DNA from: Hormoscilla sp.
GTDB taxonomy: Bacteria; Cyanobacteriota; Cyanobacteriia; Cyanobacteriales; Desertifilaceae
Direction of reading: 5' to 3'
Assembly: GCA_051439505.1 (NCBI GenBank)
Contig: JBFRWI010000145.1
Coordinates: forward strand, 16,276 to 80,275
Length of the DNA: 64,000 nucleotides
Of this stretch, positions 52,416 to 63,256 are shown in pieces. Each line of letters starts with the position of its first letter. Position 1 is the stretch's first letter. The notes beneath the pieces are model-generated. The model saw nothing but the letters and a program-made list of their open reading frames with translations, ran no database searches and was not told the DNA's origin. The position numbers were made by a program, and so were the translations under genes.

Positions 52416-53186
52416 ATGTTATCTATGTTAACGCTGGAACCAAATAAATACCAACCTCAGGTAAAAATGGGGCGGGTTCTGGTAGTTGAAGACGAAGAAT
52501 TAATCAGGGAAACAATTGCCCTCGCTCTGGGTGACGAAGGATTTGACGTGCTGACTGCCGCCGATGGGAGCAGCGTGTTAGAAATGACGCAGGCCGATCG
52601 CGGCGGCTCCACGGGAGGGAAAAGTGAAATTGCCCAACTAGACGCGATCGTCCTGGACTTGATGCTACCCTACGTGAATGGGCTGGATTTATGTCGCTTG
52701 CTCCGTCATGAAGGATACACGGTACCGATTCTGATCCTGAGTGCTAAAAGCAGCGAAACAGACCGGGTGGTGGGTTTAGAGGTGGGTGCTGATGATTATT
52801 TGACTAAACCCTTCGGGATGCGGGAGTTGGTTGCCCGCGTCCGGGCCCTGTTGCGACGTAACCGCTACCCTCTACCCCAGACGAGACCCAACGTACTGAA
52901 ATTTAAGGAAGTTACCCTATATCCAACGGAATGTCGGGTGATAGTGCGAGGAGAGGAGATTAATTTGTCTCCCAAGGAATTCCGGATTTTCGAATTGTTT
53001 ATGTCTCATCCCCGCCGGGTATGGTCGAGAGATCAGTTGATCGAACGAGTATGGGGACCGGATTTTATGGGGGATAGCAAAACCGTGGACGTACATATCC
53101 GCTGGCTGAGAGAAAAATTGGAAGTTGACCCCAGTCGGCCAGAATATCTACTGACGGTACGGGGATTTGGCTATCGCATGGGTTAA
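52416..53186 (+). CDS. sphR: OmpR/PhoB-family response regulator (SphR-like)
   Basis: Receiver domain plus winged helix (KTVDVHIRWLREKLE..TVRGFGY). Paired with a PhoR-like kinase. Confidence 0.75.
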   Translation: MLSMLTLEPNKYQPQVKMGRVLVVEDEELIRETIALALGDEGFDVLTAADGSSVLEMTQADRGGSTGGKSEIAQLDAIVLDLMLPYVNGLDLCRLLRHEGYTVPILILSAKSSETDRVVGLEVGADDYLTKPFGMRELVARVRALLRRNRYPLPQTRPNVLKFKEVTLYPTECRVIVRGEEINLSPKEFRIFELFMSHPRRVWSRDQLIERVWGPDFMGDSKTVDVHIRWLREKLEVDPSRPEYLLTVRGFGYRMG

Positions 53187-53257
53187 GGATTGTTCAGAAT
53201 GGCCCATACTCAATCAATTAATAATCAATCTATGAACTACACGCAATTAAAATAAAG

Positions 53258-54595
53258 GTGTTTCTGGGATTTATATTGGGATTATTGATGGGTTTGGCTC
53301 TATGGATGTGGTGGAGAGTGCGACTCGACGCCAAACTGCGCTCATGTCTGCCAGATTTATCAGACTCGCCATCCCGGTTATCGATATCTAGAGCGATATC
53401 GAAGATCTCCCACCTTTATCAGACTTGCTACCAGCAGGAAAAGGAAATCGATCGCTGGAAAAAACTTATCCAGCTGGCCCCGATGGGCTATCTACAAGTG
53501 GACGACCAAAATCAGCTGTTGTGGTGCAACGAACAAGCTTGTCAATTGCTATGTCTGAAACGACCAGCATCACCTCGTCTGCTACTGGAAGTTGTCCGCT
53601 GTTATGAATTGGATCATCTGATCGCACAGACCCGCGACTCTCAAAAGCCTTGCCAGCAGGAATGGATGTTTTATCCTACCTGTGACTATGTCAGGGAGGT
53701 AAAGTGCGATCCTGCTGCGCACCTCGCGAGCGAACGACCTCCCTTTGCCTTGCGGGGCTATGGGGTACCCTTACCCAAGGATCGGGTGGGGGTGTTTCTG
53801 GAAAGCCGGCAAGAAGTGGCGGTTTTATCGGGGCAACGCGATCGGGCGTTTTCTGATGTCGCCCACGAACTGAAAACTCCCTTGACTTCTATCCGTCTAG
53901 TGGCCGAAACCCTTCAATCTCGGCTTGACCCTCCGGCACGCAACTGGATAGACCGCTTGCTCTCTGAGGCGATTCGACTCAGCGACTTAGTAGAGATCTT
54001 ACTGGATCTCGGTCGCTTGGAAAAGGGGTCTTACCATTCCCTCAACCTGAAAACTATAGATTTGCCAGCACTAATAAACTCGGCTTGGTTGAGTCTGGAA
54101 CCCCTGGCCCGCAAAAAACAGCTACAATTCGATTACACTGGTCCTGAAAGTCTGCTGATTCAAGCTGACGAACAGCGGATTTACCGGGTGATGATTAATT
54201 TGTTGGATAACAGTATAAAATATAACCGAAGTCAAGGAGAGATTCAAGTAAAACTAAGGGCTTCAGATCGGCATATTCACATAGAAGCGATCGATAGCGG
54301 TACTGGTTTTACCGAAAGCGAATTACCATATATATTTGAGCGATTTTATCGGGGCGATCCATCCCGTGCCCGCAGCGGCACCTCCCATATAGCTGGCGGG
54401 ATCCGGCAGGACTCACCGTCCACTCATGGTAGTGGTTTAGGTCTGGCGATCGTGCGACAGATTATCGAAGCTCATCAGGGCTATGTCAGGGCAAGTAACC
54501 ATCCGGAAACTGGCGGTGCCTGGTTAGAGGTGCTTTTGCCTTGGGAGCAACCGTCGTCCAAGACGGACGCAGGTATTTCAATCATTTGGCCTTGA
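53258..54595 (+). CDS. sphS: PhoR/SphS-like sensor histidine kinase
   Basis: N-terminal TM, PAS, SDVAHELKTPLTSI, FERFYRGDPSR and GSGLGLAI. Confidence 0.75.
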   Translation: MFLGFILGLLMGLALWMWWRVRLDAKLRSCLPDLSDSPSRLSISRAISKISHLYQTCYQQEKEIDRWKKLIQLAPMGYLQVDDQNQLLWCNEQACQLLCLKRPASPRLLLEVVRCYELDHLIAQTRDSQKPCQQEWMFYPTCDYVREVKCDPAAHLASERPPFALRGYGVPLPKDRVGVFLESRQEVAVLSGQRDRAFSDVAHELKTPLTSIRLVAETLQSRLDPPARNWIDRLLSEAIRLSDLVEILLDLGRLEKGSYHSLNLKTIDLPALINSAWLSLEPLARKKQLQFDYTGPESLLIQADEQRIYRVMINLLDNSIKYNRSQGEIQVKLRASDRHIHIEAIDSGTGFTESELPYIFERFYRGDPSRARSGTSHIAGGIRQDSPSTHGSGLGLAIVRQIIEAHQGYVRASNHPETGGAWLEVLLPWEQPSSKTDAGISIIWP

Positions 54596-54700
54596 CAACT
54601 GACATGCTTCCCAATTAATACTATGGTATAAGACCCTCTGTGGCTTAAACCATTCAGTGTAATATTTATCTAAATATGAGTCGCACTATCGCAGTCCACT

Positions 54701-55447
54701 ATGGATGAAAGGCTACAGAAAATTCTCTCCCAGTGGGGGATCGCCTCTAGGCGCGAAGCGGAAAACATGATCCTGGCAGGCCGTGTCTGTATAAATGGTG
54801 TTGTAGTCAGTCAACTGGGGCAAAAAGCCCATCCCCTACGGGATGATATAGAAGTGGATGGCGTGCCCCTTAATGCTGCCAATCGTCCCGGACAGCGGTA
54901 TCTTTTACTTAACAAACCAGCAGGGGTAATATCTACTTGCTGGGATGCCAGAGGACGGACTACAGTGCTCTCTTTGCTGCCAGACAGCTTGAAAGTGGGT
55001 ACTGGCATACATCCTGTCGGACGCCTGGATGCTGATAGTACGGGAGCATTGCTGCTCACTAATGATGGGGATCTGACTTTCCGCCTGACTCATCCGCGCC
55101 ATAGCGTTCCCAAAACCTATCGGGTTTGGGTGCAGGGTTGTCCGCCGGAGGAGATCCTACACCAGTGGCGTACAGGAGTTATGCTGTCGGGTCGTCTCAC
55201 CTTGCCAGCCGAGGTGCGATCGCGAGGGCGATCGCGCGACCGTGATCGAACTCTTTTAGAGGTGATTCTCACTGAAGGTAGAAACCGACAAATTCGACGG
55301 GTAGCTGAACAGCTAGGATATCCAGTCGTTCATCTACATCGTCAGGCGATTGGTAAGATTAAATTACAACAACTTCAAACTGGTGATTACCGTCCCCTGA
55401 AAAAGTTAGAAATTAATGCTCTCAAAAAAAAGATCGGGCCCGAATGA
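54701..55447 (+). CDS. rRNA pseudouridine synthase (RsuA/RluB family)
   Basis: S4 domain ERLQK..SRR, HPVGRLD and EGRNRQIRR. Confidence 0.92.
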   Translation: MDERLQKILSQWGIASRREAENMILAGRVCINGVVVSQLGQKAHPLRDDIEVDGVPLNAANRPGQRYLLLNKPAGVISTCWDARGRTTVLSLLPDSLKVGTGIHPVGRLDADSTGALLLTNDGDLTFRLTHPRHSVPKTYRVWVQGCPPEEILHQWRTGVMLSGRLTLPAEVRSRGRSRDRDRTLLEVILTEGRNRQIRRVAEQLGYPVVHLHRQAIGKIKLQQLQTGDYRPLKKLEINALKKKIGPE

Positions 55448-55546
55448 ATACTGCTCCAATTTTGTAAACCGAGATTCCCTCACTCGGGAAGAGTAAAAAT
55501 ATAAAATAATCAATCCATAATTGAGATTAGGTATTGGTGAGAAGGA

Positions 55547-56320
55547 GTGCCACATATGAGAAAACCTCAACAAAAATTATCCTATCTCGAAAGAAAAAAC
55601 AGAGCGGAAATATTGGCAAAAATAGGAGCGCGCTTGCGACAGTTGCGGGAAGAAAATTCGATTTCTATCGAAATGATGGCGGATAAAACTGGCATTAATC
55701 AGCGTCAAATTAGGGCGATAGAATCAGGTCAGCTAGAACAGTTACCAGAGCCAATTTACATTCAGTATTTTATCAAGCGATACGCTGAGGCTCTGGGCTT
55801 GAATGGCGCTGAGGAAGCAAGCGCTTTTCCGGCAGGGGACTTTTTCCGACCGATTAATCCCGCTTGGATCCACTTGCCAGCTCCTATTTTACGACCCATT
55901 CACCTTTACGTTGTTTATATTTTGGTGGTATTGTTCTCGGTGAGTAGTTTGTCTTACTTGATGCGCCACTCCTTAAACTCAGAGCGCCTTCTTTACGTTC
56001 AGCAGCCTGTGAAAACCCCGTCACCGTCGGCGTCTAATGATTCTACGACAGTGCCCCACAGACCAGAGCCAGTGCGGGTGAACATGACGATCGATGCGGA
56101 CTCTTGGCTGTGGATAGAAGCGGATGGTCAAACGGAGTTTGAAGGCATTTTGCCCAAGGGCTCTGAACGCACTTGGGTGGCAAATCAGCAGCTGATTATT
56201 CGTGCTGGTAATGCTGGCGGAGTGCGGATCGCTCTTAATGATGAGCTTCCTCAGAAGCTGGGGGAACCTAATGCTGTCGAAGAAGTGACTTTTAAGGCTC
56301 CTCCCAGATCCAGAATTTAA
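55547..56320 (+). CDS. RodZ-like protein (HTH-TM-DUF4115)
   Basis: IGARLRQLRE..AIESG..LPEPIY HTH, a TM helix and SWL..DG..F..RAGNAGG. Confidence 0.82.
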   Translation: MPHMRKPQQKLSYLERKNRAEILAKIGARLRQLREENSISIEMMADKTGINQRQIRAIESGQLEQLPEPIYIQYFIKRYAEALGLNGAEEASAFPAGDFFRPINPAWIHLPAPILRPIHLYVVYILVVLFSVSSLSYLMRHSLNSERLLYVQQPVKTPSPSASNDSTTVPHRPEPVRVNMTIDADSWLWIEADGQTEFEGILPKGSERTWVANQQLIIRAGNAGGVRIALNDELPQKLGEPNAVEEVTFKAPPRSRI

Positions 56321-56324
56321 TCCC

Positions 56325-57893
56325 TTATTGGGTCTCCTTATCCTTATCCTCCTGATCTTCGGAATCTTCGGAATCTTCTTTATCCTCTGGCTGGGGCTGT
56401 GGTGCCCTGCCGTAGGTTTCGGTCATCTGTTTCAGGCGCGAACTTAACCACTCGCTCAATGAATCCTGCCGGTAGCGCCAGGCCCAGTTGCCCTCAGCTA
56501 ACCCGGGAAAATTCATCCGGGCATTACCGTCCAATCCCAAGCAATCCTGCAAGGGCACGATCGCCCAGTCGGCGACAGAGGAAAGGGCGATTCTGATTAA
56601 ATCCCAATGGATCCCGTCGGGACTCACGTGACCGATATAGCGCAAAACAGCATCTCTTTCCCAGTCTGCGAGTTCGTTAAACCAGCCCACGGTAGTGTTA
56701 TTGTCGTGGGTGCCGGTGTAAATCAAACAGTTGCGGGGCAAGTTGAAGGGCAAAAACGGATTGTCAGGGTCGGAACCAAAGGCAAAATGTAAAACTTTCA
56801 TGCCTGGAAATTCAAACTTGTCTCGCAGTTCTTCTACCTCTGGAGTAATTACGCCCAAATCCTCTGCCAAAACCGGTAGCTTACCCAATTTTTGCTTCAA
56901 TTTCTCGAAGAAGGCATCCCCTGGAGCCTTCACCCACTTCCCTTTAATGGCGGTGGTTTCGCCCAAGGGTACTGCCCAGTACGCCTCGAACCCCCGGAAA
57001 TGGTCGATGCGAATCCAATCTACATAGTCCAGCATGGCACCGAAGCGCTGAATCCACCACTGGAAACCAGTTTTCTGCAAGTTTTTCCAATCATAGATGG
57101 GGTTGCCCCATAGCTGACCCGTTTCGCTGAAGTAATCTGGCGGTACACCGGCCATCAAAGCGGCTTCTCCTGTCTTCTCATCCAGGCAAAAGGTTTCTGG
57201 ATGGGCCCATACGTCGGCGCTATCGTGAGCGACGTAGATGGGAATATCGCCAACGATCTCGACACCCTGCTTGTTGGCATAGGATTTCAGTTTGCTCCAC
57301 TGGCGGAAAAACTCAAACTGGATGTATTTGTAGTAAAATATTTTCGCTTGCAAATTTTGCTGCCACTTTTTGATTGCTGTGGGTTGGCGCTTGGCAATTT
57401 CTGGTGCCCATGTATTCCAGGCTGCTCCTTCATTGGCGTCTTTGAGGGCCATGAACAAGGCATAGTCCTCTAGCCAGCTGGCCTTCGCCTGGCAGAACTG
57501 CTCGAATTCTTTGCGCATCTTGGCTGATGCTTGGGCAGCGAAGTTAGAGCAGGCTTTCTGTAATAGGGGGATTTTGACTTGTATTGCCCGATCGAAGTCT
57601 ACTGTATCTAGGGGAAATTCTGGCAGGTTGGCAAAATCTTCTTCTGCGAGCAATCCCTCTTTTTGCAGCATTTCGGGGCTGATCAGCATGGGGTTGCCTG
57701 CCATCGCTGCATAGGACATGTAGGGAGAGTTGCCATATCCTGTCGGTCCTAAGGGCAAGACTTGCCATACTTGCTGTAAACTTTCTGTAAGAAAATCTAT
57801 GAAGCGATAGGCTTCATCGCCTAAGTCCCCAATGCCAAAGCGGCTGGGAAAGCTGGTGGGATGCAGCAAAATGCCACTACGTCTCTTTTGCAT
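56325..57893 (-). CDS. malQ: 4-alpha-glucanotransferase (GH77)
   Basis: SGILLHPTS, GVPPDYFSETGQLWGNP, RIDHFRG, AEDLG and YTGTHDN. Confidence 0.97.
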   Translation of the reverse strand: MQKRRSGILLHPTSFPSRFGIGDLGDEAYRFIDFLTESLQQVWQVLPLGPTGYGNSPYMSYAAMAGNPMLISPEMLQKEGLLAEEDFANLPEFPLDTVDFDRAIQVKIPLLQKACSNFAAQASAKMRKEFEQFCQAKASWLEDYALFMALKDANEGAAWNTWAPEIAKRQPTAIKKWQQNLQAKIFYYKYIQFEFFRQWSKLKSYANKQGVEIVGDIPIYVAHDSADVWAHPETFCLDEKTGEAALMAGVPPDYFSETGQLWGNPIYDWKNLQKTGFQWWIQRFGAMLDYVDWIRIDHFRGFEAYWAVPLGETTAIKGKWVKAPGDAFFEKLKQKLGKLPVLAEDLGVITPEVEELRDKFEFPGMKVLHFAFGSDPDNPFLPFNLPRNCLIYTGTHDNNTTVGWFNELADWERDAVLRYIGHVSPDGIHWDLIRIALSSVADWAIVPLQDCLGLDGNARMNFPGLAEGNWAWRYRQDSLSEWLSSRLKQMTETYGRAPQPQPEDKEDSEDSEDQEDKDKETQ

Positions 57894-58023
57894 ATCTTGC
57901 CTGGTGTTATGGAATTAAACTTTATCACTCTATCATAAGCAGTCAGTTGCGTATATAATAAAAATCGACTCGCTCTAGGGTAGGGTACGTCTAAAGGAAG
58001 TTCACGAGTAGGTAGAATTTGAT

Positions 58024-58452
58024 ATGACTCACCGCAATCCGGCCCCGACAGTTGATATTATTATAGAGCTGATCGACAAACCCCAACGCCCCCTGGTGCT
58101 GATTGAGCGGAAAAATCCTCCCCACGGTTGGGCCATACCCGGCGGTTTTATCGATTACGGGGAATCTGTACAGACGGCGGCTATCCGCGAGGCCCAGGAG
58201 GAGACGGGGTTGCAGGTGAAGTTGACCGAACAGTTTCATGTCTATTCTGAACCCTCACGGGACCCGCGTCAACATACTCTTAGCGTGGTGCTGCTGGGGA
58301 CGGCGACGGGTAAACCCCAAGCGGCTGATGATGCCAAGAATGTGGGGGTGTTTGAGTTATGGCAAATTCCCTCCGAACTCTGTTTTGACCATGACAAAAT
58401 TATTAAGGATTACTGGCTCTATCGCAATTACGGTATCCGCCCGAGATTGTGA
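58024..58452 (+). CDS. NUDIX hydrolase
   Basis: Nudix box [23 protein letters not shown]. Confidence 0.92.
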   Translation: MTHRNPAPTVDIIIELIDKPQRPLVLIERKNPPHGWAIPGGFIDYGESVQTAAIREAQEETGLQVKLTEQFHVYSEPSRDPRQHTLSVVLLGTATGKPQAADDAKNVGVFELWQIPSELCFDHDKIIKDYWLYRNYGIRPRL

Positions 58453-58527
58453 TAAATATGGCGATCTGGTCAAGAAAATGGAGAGTAAAGTGATAGAATA
58501 ATCACTATTGGAGAAATAAGATAAAAT

Positions 58528-58917
58528 ATGACTCGTAAAGTTATTAGCACGGACAATGCACCTGCACCTGTGGGACCGTATAATCAGGCGATCGCGGCTA
58601 GCGGTCAATTGCTGTTTGTTTCCGGTCAAATTGCGATCGACCCCAGCAGCAATCAGATTGTTTATAATGATGATGTTGCCAAGCAGACTTCACAGGTGAT
58701 GACTAATCTTCAGGCGGTGCTTGAGGCGGCAGGTGCTAAGTTTGAGAATGTGGTGAAAACTACAATCTTTCTTAAGGATATGAATGATTTTGCGACGGTA
58801 AATCAGGTTTATGGGGGCTATTTCGATCCCGAAAATGCTCCCGCCCGGGCTTGTGTGGAGGCTTCCCGCTTGCCAAAAGATGTGTTGGTGGAAATTGAAT
58901 GTATTGCGGTGCTATGA
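58528..58917 (+). CDS. ridA: RidA/YjgF enamine deaminase
   Basis: APAPVGPYNQA, SGQI, PARACV and VEIECIA. Confidence 0.93.
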   Translation: MTRKVISTDNAPAPVGPYNQAIAASGQLLFVSGQIAIDPSSNQIVYNDDVAKQTSQVMTNLQAVLEAAGAKFENVVKTTIFLKDMNDFATVNQVYGGYFDPENAPARACVEASRLPKDVLVEIECIAVL

Positions 58918-59010
58918 TCGCCATGGTAGGGTGGGCATCGCCCACCTTGAATAAAAGGATCATTCTGTTAATAAAGTTGAATTGGTGGTGAGGACGGCCT
59001 ACGCAATAAA

Positions 59011-60402
59011 GTGAGCGAATTGAGATTAGCAGTACCTCGCCTTCCAGCATCGATCGAACTGCGGCCCTATCAGCAAGAAGCCGTAAATAATTGGTTTGCT
59101 AATCGCGGACGCGGTACGCTGAAAATGGCGACGGGCAGTGGCAAGACGATTACGGCCCTGGCGATCGCCTCGGAATTATATCAAAAAATTGGCTTACAAG
59201 GGTTAATTGTTGTCTGTCCCTACCGCCATCTTGTTTCTCAGTGGGCCAGAGAATGTGAGAAGTTTGGTTTGGAACCAATCTTAGCTTTTGAGAATGTTCA
59301 TAATTGGCAAGGTCAACTTTCTAGTCAACTGTATAATATCCATGGGGGCAATCATCCCTTTGTGACTGTTATCACTACTAATGCTACTTTAAATAAAGAT
59401 GGGTTGCAATCCCAGTTGAGCTATTTTCCTGAAAAAACTCTGATTATTGGCGATGAAGCTCATAATTTGGGATCTCCGAAATTAGAGGAAAGTTTACCTC
59501 GTAACATCGGGTTGCGTTTGGCTTTGTCGGCGACGCCGGAAAGGCGTTACGATGAGTCGGGTACTGATGCGATTAAGAATTATTTTGGTCCTGTTTTGCT
59601 CCCAGAACTGACCTTGGCAGATGCAATTAATCAAGGGGCATTAGTCCGCTATCTTTATTATCCAGTTTTGGTGCCCCTCACGGCTGATGAAGCCTACAGC
59701 TATGCCCAGTTAACTACTAAGATCGGTTGGACTTTATCTAAATTGGATGGCAATATTGCCTTGGAAATGACATCAAATGATGAGTTGAAAGCTTTATTTA
59801 TGCAACGGGCCCGGTTAATTGGTGCAGCGGCCAATAAGTTAGATGCCCTCAGACAGGTGATGCGCGATCGCCTGCATACTACCCATACTTTATTTTACTG
59901 CGGGGATGGCGGGACAGACGGCTCTATGTCCCGGCGCAGCAGTCGCCAACTCACTGCTGTAGCGCGCATTTTGGGAGGAGAATTGGGCTATCGGGTGAAT
60001 ACTTACACGGCGTCCACACCCTTGGCAGAGAGAGAAAAGTTGCGCCAGCAATTTGAAAGCGGCGAGTTGCAAGGTTTAATTGCTATTCGCTGTTTAGACG
60101 AAGGAGTAGATATTCCCGCCATTAGAAATGCGATCGTTCTGGCCAGCAGCAGCAACCCGCGCCAGTTCATTCAGCGGCGGGGACGAGTGTTGCGCCCGCA
60201 CCCTGGTAAGGAACGGGCTACTTTATTTGATATGATTGTGAGGCCGCCAGAGCTGGACCGCAAGACCTGGGATGTAGAACGTAACCTGCTGCACAAGGAA
60301 TTGCTCAGGTTTGTCGAATTTGCCGATTTGGCAGATAATGCTGAGGAGGCGAGAGCAAAATTGCTCCCACTCCAGAAAAAATATGAATTGTTCGATCTTT
60401 GA
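59011..60402 (+). CDS. SF2 DEAH helicase (ResIII-like; DNA-phosphorothioation-associated / PbeA helicase type)
   Basis: LRPYQ, MATGSGKT, DEAH, SATP, LDEGVDIP and QFIQRRGRVLR. Confidence 0.85.
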   Translation: MSELRLAVPRLPASIELRPYQQEAVNNWFANRGRGTLKMATGSGKTITALAIASELYQKIGLQGLIVVCPYRHLVSQWARECEKFGLEPILAFENVHNWQGQLSSQLYNIHGGNHPFVTVITTNATLNKDGLQSQLSYFPEKTLIIGDEAHNLGSPKLEESLPRNIGLRLALSATPERRYDESGTDAIKNYFGPVLLPELTLADAINQGALVRYLYYPVLVPLTADEAYSYAQLTTKIGWTLSKLDGNIALEMTSNDELKALFMQRARLIGAAANKLDALRQVMRDRLHTTHTLFYCGDGGTDGSMSRRSSRQLTAVARILGGELGYRVNTYTASTPLAEREKLRQQFESGELQGLIAIRCLDEGVDIPAIRNAIVLASSSNPRQFIQRRGRVLRPHPGKERATLFDMIVRPPELDRKTWDVERNLLHKELLRFVEFADLADNAEEARAKLLPLQKKYELFDL

Positions 60403-60509
60403 GATCTGTTCGTAGTAAGCGCTTTAGCGCTTTTCATCTCGTTGGCAGGTAGAACCTGCCAATGGTCTCGGGAGGCGGGCGGCTCTAGTCCCAGCAGTAA
60501 TGGTATGAT

Positions 60510-60761
60510 ATGGAGAGGAGATTTGACTATTCAGAGGGTTTTCCAGAAGTTGTTATCTCAACTGTTTTAGCTGAAAATCGTTCGGACTATAATCAAAATG
60601 CGGGTCTCAAGGAGGTGCAAGAGCCGATCGTCAGTGCTGCGCCGGAAGTCCGCAAAATTATTGAGCGGGTCTTGGAGCTGGAAAAAGATAAGCTCTATAT
60701 GAAGAATCCCAAATATATTAATGATGATATCCTGCAAATTGTCAAGGAAGAAGTGCAATGA
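60510..60761 (+). CDS. Small helical protein (PbeB-like), coupled to the ATPase
   Basis: 83 aa. IIERVLELEKDKL..INDDILQIVKEEV. ATGA overlap with the next gene. Confidence 0.65.
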   Translation: MERRFDYSEGFPEVVISTVLAENRSDYNQNAGLKEVQEPIVSAAPEVRKIIERVLELEKDKLYMKNPKYINDDILQIVKEEVQ

Positions 60762-62824
60762 GGTTGAGGTCGATTATACTCGGGAACTTTCGTCAGTTTT
60801 ATGGCAAGACTGATGAAATTTTATTTGCTAGCGGCGAGCACAATATTACGATCGTTCACGGCAATAACGGGGCGGGGAAGACGACGCTGCTGAATGCCTT
60901 TACCTGGGCATTGTATGAGAAGTTCAGTGCGGCTTTTACTTCTCCACAGCAGCTGGTGAACAAACGGGCCCTGTATGAAATTAAATCGGGTAAACCGGTT
61001 GAATGCTTGGTGGAAGTTGCCTTTTATCATGATAGCAGGCGCTATCGGGTGAAGCGCATCTGTCGTGCCTATAAGAAAGTTAAGGGCATTGAATACAGTC
61101 CGACAGAGTTGTCGATGTGGGTGGCGGGAGATGACGGACGCTGGATGCCTACTCATCAAAACCCCGAGGATATTATCGGACGCATTTTGCCCCCTAGTTT
61201 ACATCAGTATTTCTTTTTTGATGGGGAGCGCATTGAGCATATTTTTCGGGATAATCGGAAAACGGAAATTGCTGATGCTACTAAGGAGTTACTGGGTGTA
61301 GAGGTGTTCGATCGGGCCCTCAGGCACCTGAAGGCTACTAGCAAAACCTTGGAAGAAGAATTGGGAAACCTCGGGGATCCCCAAACTCAAAAGCTGCTGC
61401 AAGCTAAGCTGGAATTAGAAGAAAAGGGCGATCGCATTTCTCAGCGGGAAGTGGAAATTGCTCGGGAGTTAGAAAAGCACCAGGAATTAAAAAGAACCAT
61501 TAACAGTCGGTTACTGGAGCTAAGTGGGGCGAAGGAGTTACAGGACCGGCGTGCTAGCCTAGAAGCACAGGAAAAGCATCTCCGGGAACAGTTGAAACAG
61601 GCGAAGGTAGGGCTCAAAAGAGCGATTACTACTAAAGGATACAGCTTTTTGCTATCAGAGGCAACTGCGGAATTTAGAACAATAGTCGAGCAGTTGCGGC
61701 AGAAAGGAGAGTTGCCGACGGGAATTACGCAACAATTTGTCCGGGAGTTACTCAAGCAGCAGCGCTGCATCTGCGGTGGGGACTTGAGCGAAGGCACCCA
61801 TGGCTTCCATACGATCCAATCATGGATAGAGAAAGCGGGAATTGCCGATGTTGAAGAAACAGCTATTCGCATGAGCGCCCAAGTGGAAGAAATTGACAAG
61901 CAGGCTCCCGAATTTTGGCAAGAAGTGGACAGAGAACAAGGGAATGTCAAGCAATGGCGGGCGGAACTTTCGCGGGTGGAGACGGAGATGGACAATTTGA
62001 AGAACAAGCTGAGAACGAACCCCAATGAGAATATTCAGCAGTTGCAACAGCGCTTGGATGAAATTGAAGCCAAAATCACTCAATTGCAAAGAGAAACGGG
62101 AGCCAACCACCATAAGCTAGATAAGATTAAAGCGGATATTGAGGTTAAGGTCAAGCAGATTGCTAAGCAGCAAACGAATGAGCTAAAGCAAGCTTTAGCC
62201 CAGCGACGGGTGGACGCGACGGTGGAGGCGATGAAGCGGATCTCGGAGGTTAAGAACCGTCTGGATAAACAGTTTCGCTGGCAATTGGAACAGCGGGTGC
62301 AAGAGATATTCTCCTCAATTTCCTTTACTCCCTACATTCCCAAGCTGTCTGAAAAATACGAATTGACTCTGGTGGAGAATACAACTAAGTTAGAAGTCCC
62401 CGTGGCGGCGTCTACGGGAGAAAACCAGATTCTCAGCTTGTCATTTATTGGCGGGATTATCGATCGGGTGCGGGAGTGGAGTAAAAGCAAGATGCATATG
62501 GGACCCGATAGTAGCACGTTTCCGATAGTAATGGATTCGCCTTTTGGCAGTTTGGATGAAATCTATCGCCGCCAGGTAGCGAAATCTCTGCCTAAATTAG
62601 CAAATCAGCTAGTGGTTTTGGTCACGAAAACTCAGTGGCGGGTAGAGGTGGAAGAGGAAATGACTCCTCGAATTGGCCGGGAGTACCTGTTGGTTTATAA
62701 TTCGCCGAAACCAGATTGTGAGGAAGATAGCATCCAGTTAGGGGGAGTGAGTTATCCTTTAGTTAGGCGCAGTCAGAACGAGTTTGAATATACTGAAATA
62801 ATTGAGGTCGAACGTCATGGTTAG
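60758..62824 (+). CDS. SMC/Rad50-like ABC ATPase (DndD/PbeC-like)
   Basis: NFRQFYG, GNNGAGKT, YFFFDGE, coiled coil with CICG, STGENQ and VMDSPFGSLD. Confidence 0.85.
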   Translation: MRLRSIILGNFRQFYGKTDEILFASGEHNITIVHGNNGAGKTTLLNAFTWALYEKFSAAFTSPQQLVNKRALYEIKSGKPVECLVEVAFYHDSRRYRVKRICRAYKKVKGIEYSPTELSMWVAGDDGRWMPTHQNPEDIIGRILPPSLHQYFFFDGERIEHIFRDNRKTEIADATKELLGVEVFDRALRHLKATSKTLEEELGNLGDPQTQKLLQAKLELEEKGDRISQREVEIARELEKHQELKRTINSRLLELSGAKELQDRRASLEAQEKHLREQLKQAKVGLKRAITTKGYSFLLSEATAEFRTIVEQLRQKGELPTGITQQFVRELLKQQRCICGGDLSEGTHGFHTIQSWIEKAGIADVEETAIRMSAQVEEIDKQAPEFWQEVDREQGNVKQWRAELSRVETEMDNLKNKLRTNPNENIQQLQQRLDEIEAKITQLQRETGANHHKLDKIKADIEVKVKQIAKQQTNELKQALAQRRVDATVEAMKRISEVKNRLDKQFRWQLEQRVQEIFSSISFTPYIPKLSEKYELTLVENTTKLEVPVAASTGENQILSLSFIGGIIDRVREWSKSKMHMGPDSSTFPIVMDSPFGSLDEIYRRQVAKSLPKLANQLVVLVTKTQWRVEVEEEMTPRIGREYLLVYNSPKPDCEEDSIQLGGVSYPLVRRSQNEFEYTEIIEVERHG

Positions 62825-62830
62825 TGCCAA

Positions 62831-63059
62831 GTCAGCCCGCCGGGGGTTCAAACCCAAAGGCTTTTAGTCAGCCCGCCGGGGGTTCAAACCCCCGGCTAAC
62901 AGCCTCTTGTGGGTTAAAACCCACTAAAATCATTATATAGAAAGCGTTTTATCCTCGTTCCCTGGCTCCGCCGGGGAACGGGCGATCGAGGCTCTGCCTC
63001 TAGTTGCGAATGATGCAAGATATAAGTTAAAACCGCACTTAAAATAATGTTAAACTAAT
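62831..63059. repeat. Composite REP/MITE-B repeat, homologous to 19001-19287
   Basis: Same ordered blocks, including TGCAAGATAT.AGTTAAAACCG and TAATGTTAAACTAAT. Confidence 0.75.
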
Positions 63060-63256
63060 TGTAGCAGATTTTTTGAAAATGGTATTATATTGTCGCCTAA
63101 ATGCTACGCCCCTACAGATATATTCGCAAATATGAGTTTGGGGGTATCGGTGCTGCAACAACTGCCTGACCACACCCGGTTGCCGAGGCACAAAGTAGTT
63201 ACATTTTGTGTTTTTACCGATCATTTGTTGATGTGGTCCCCTACATTTACGACTGC

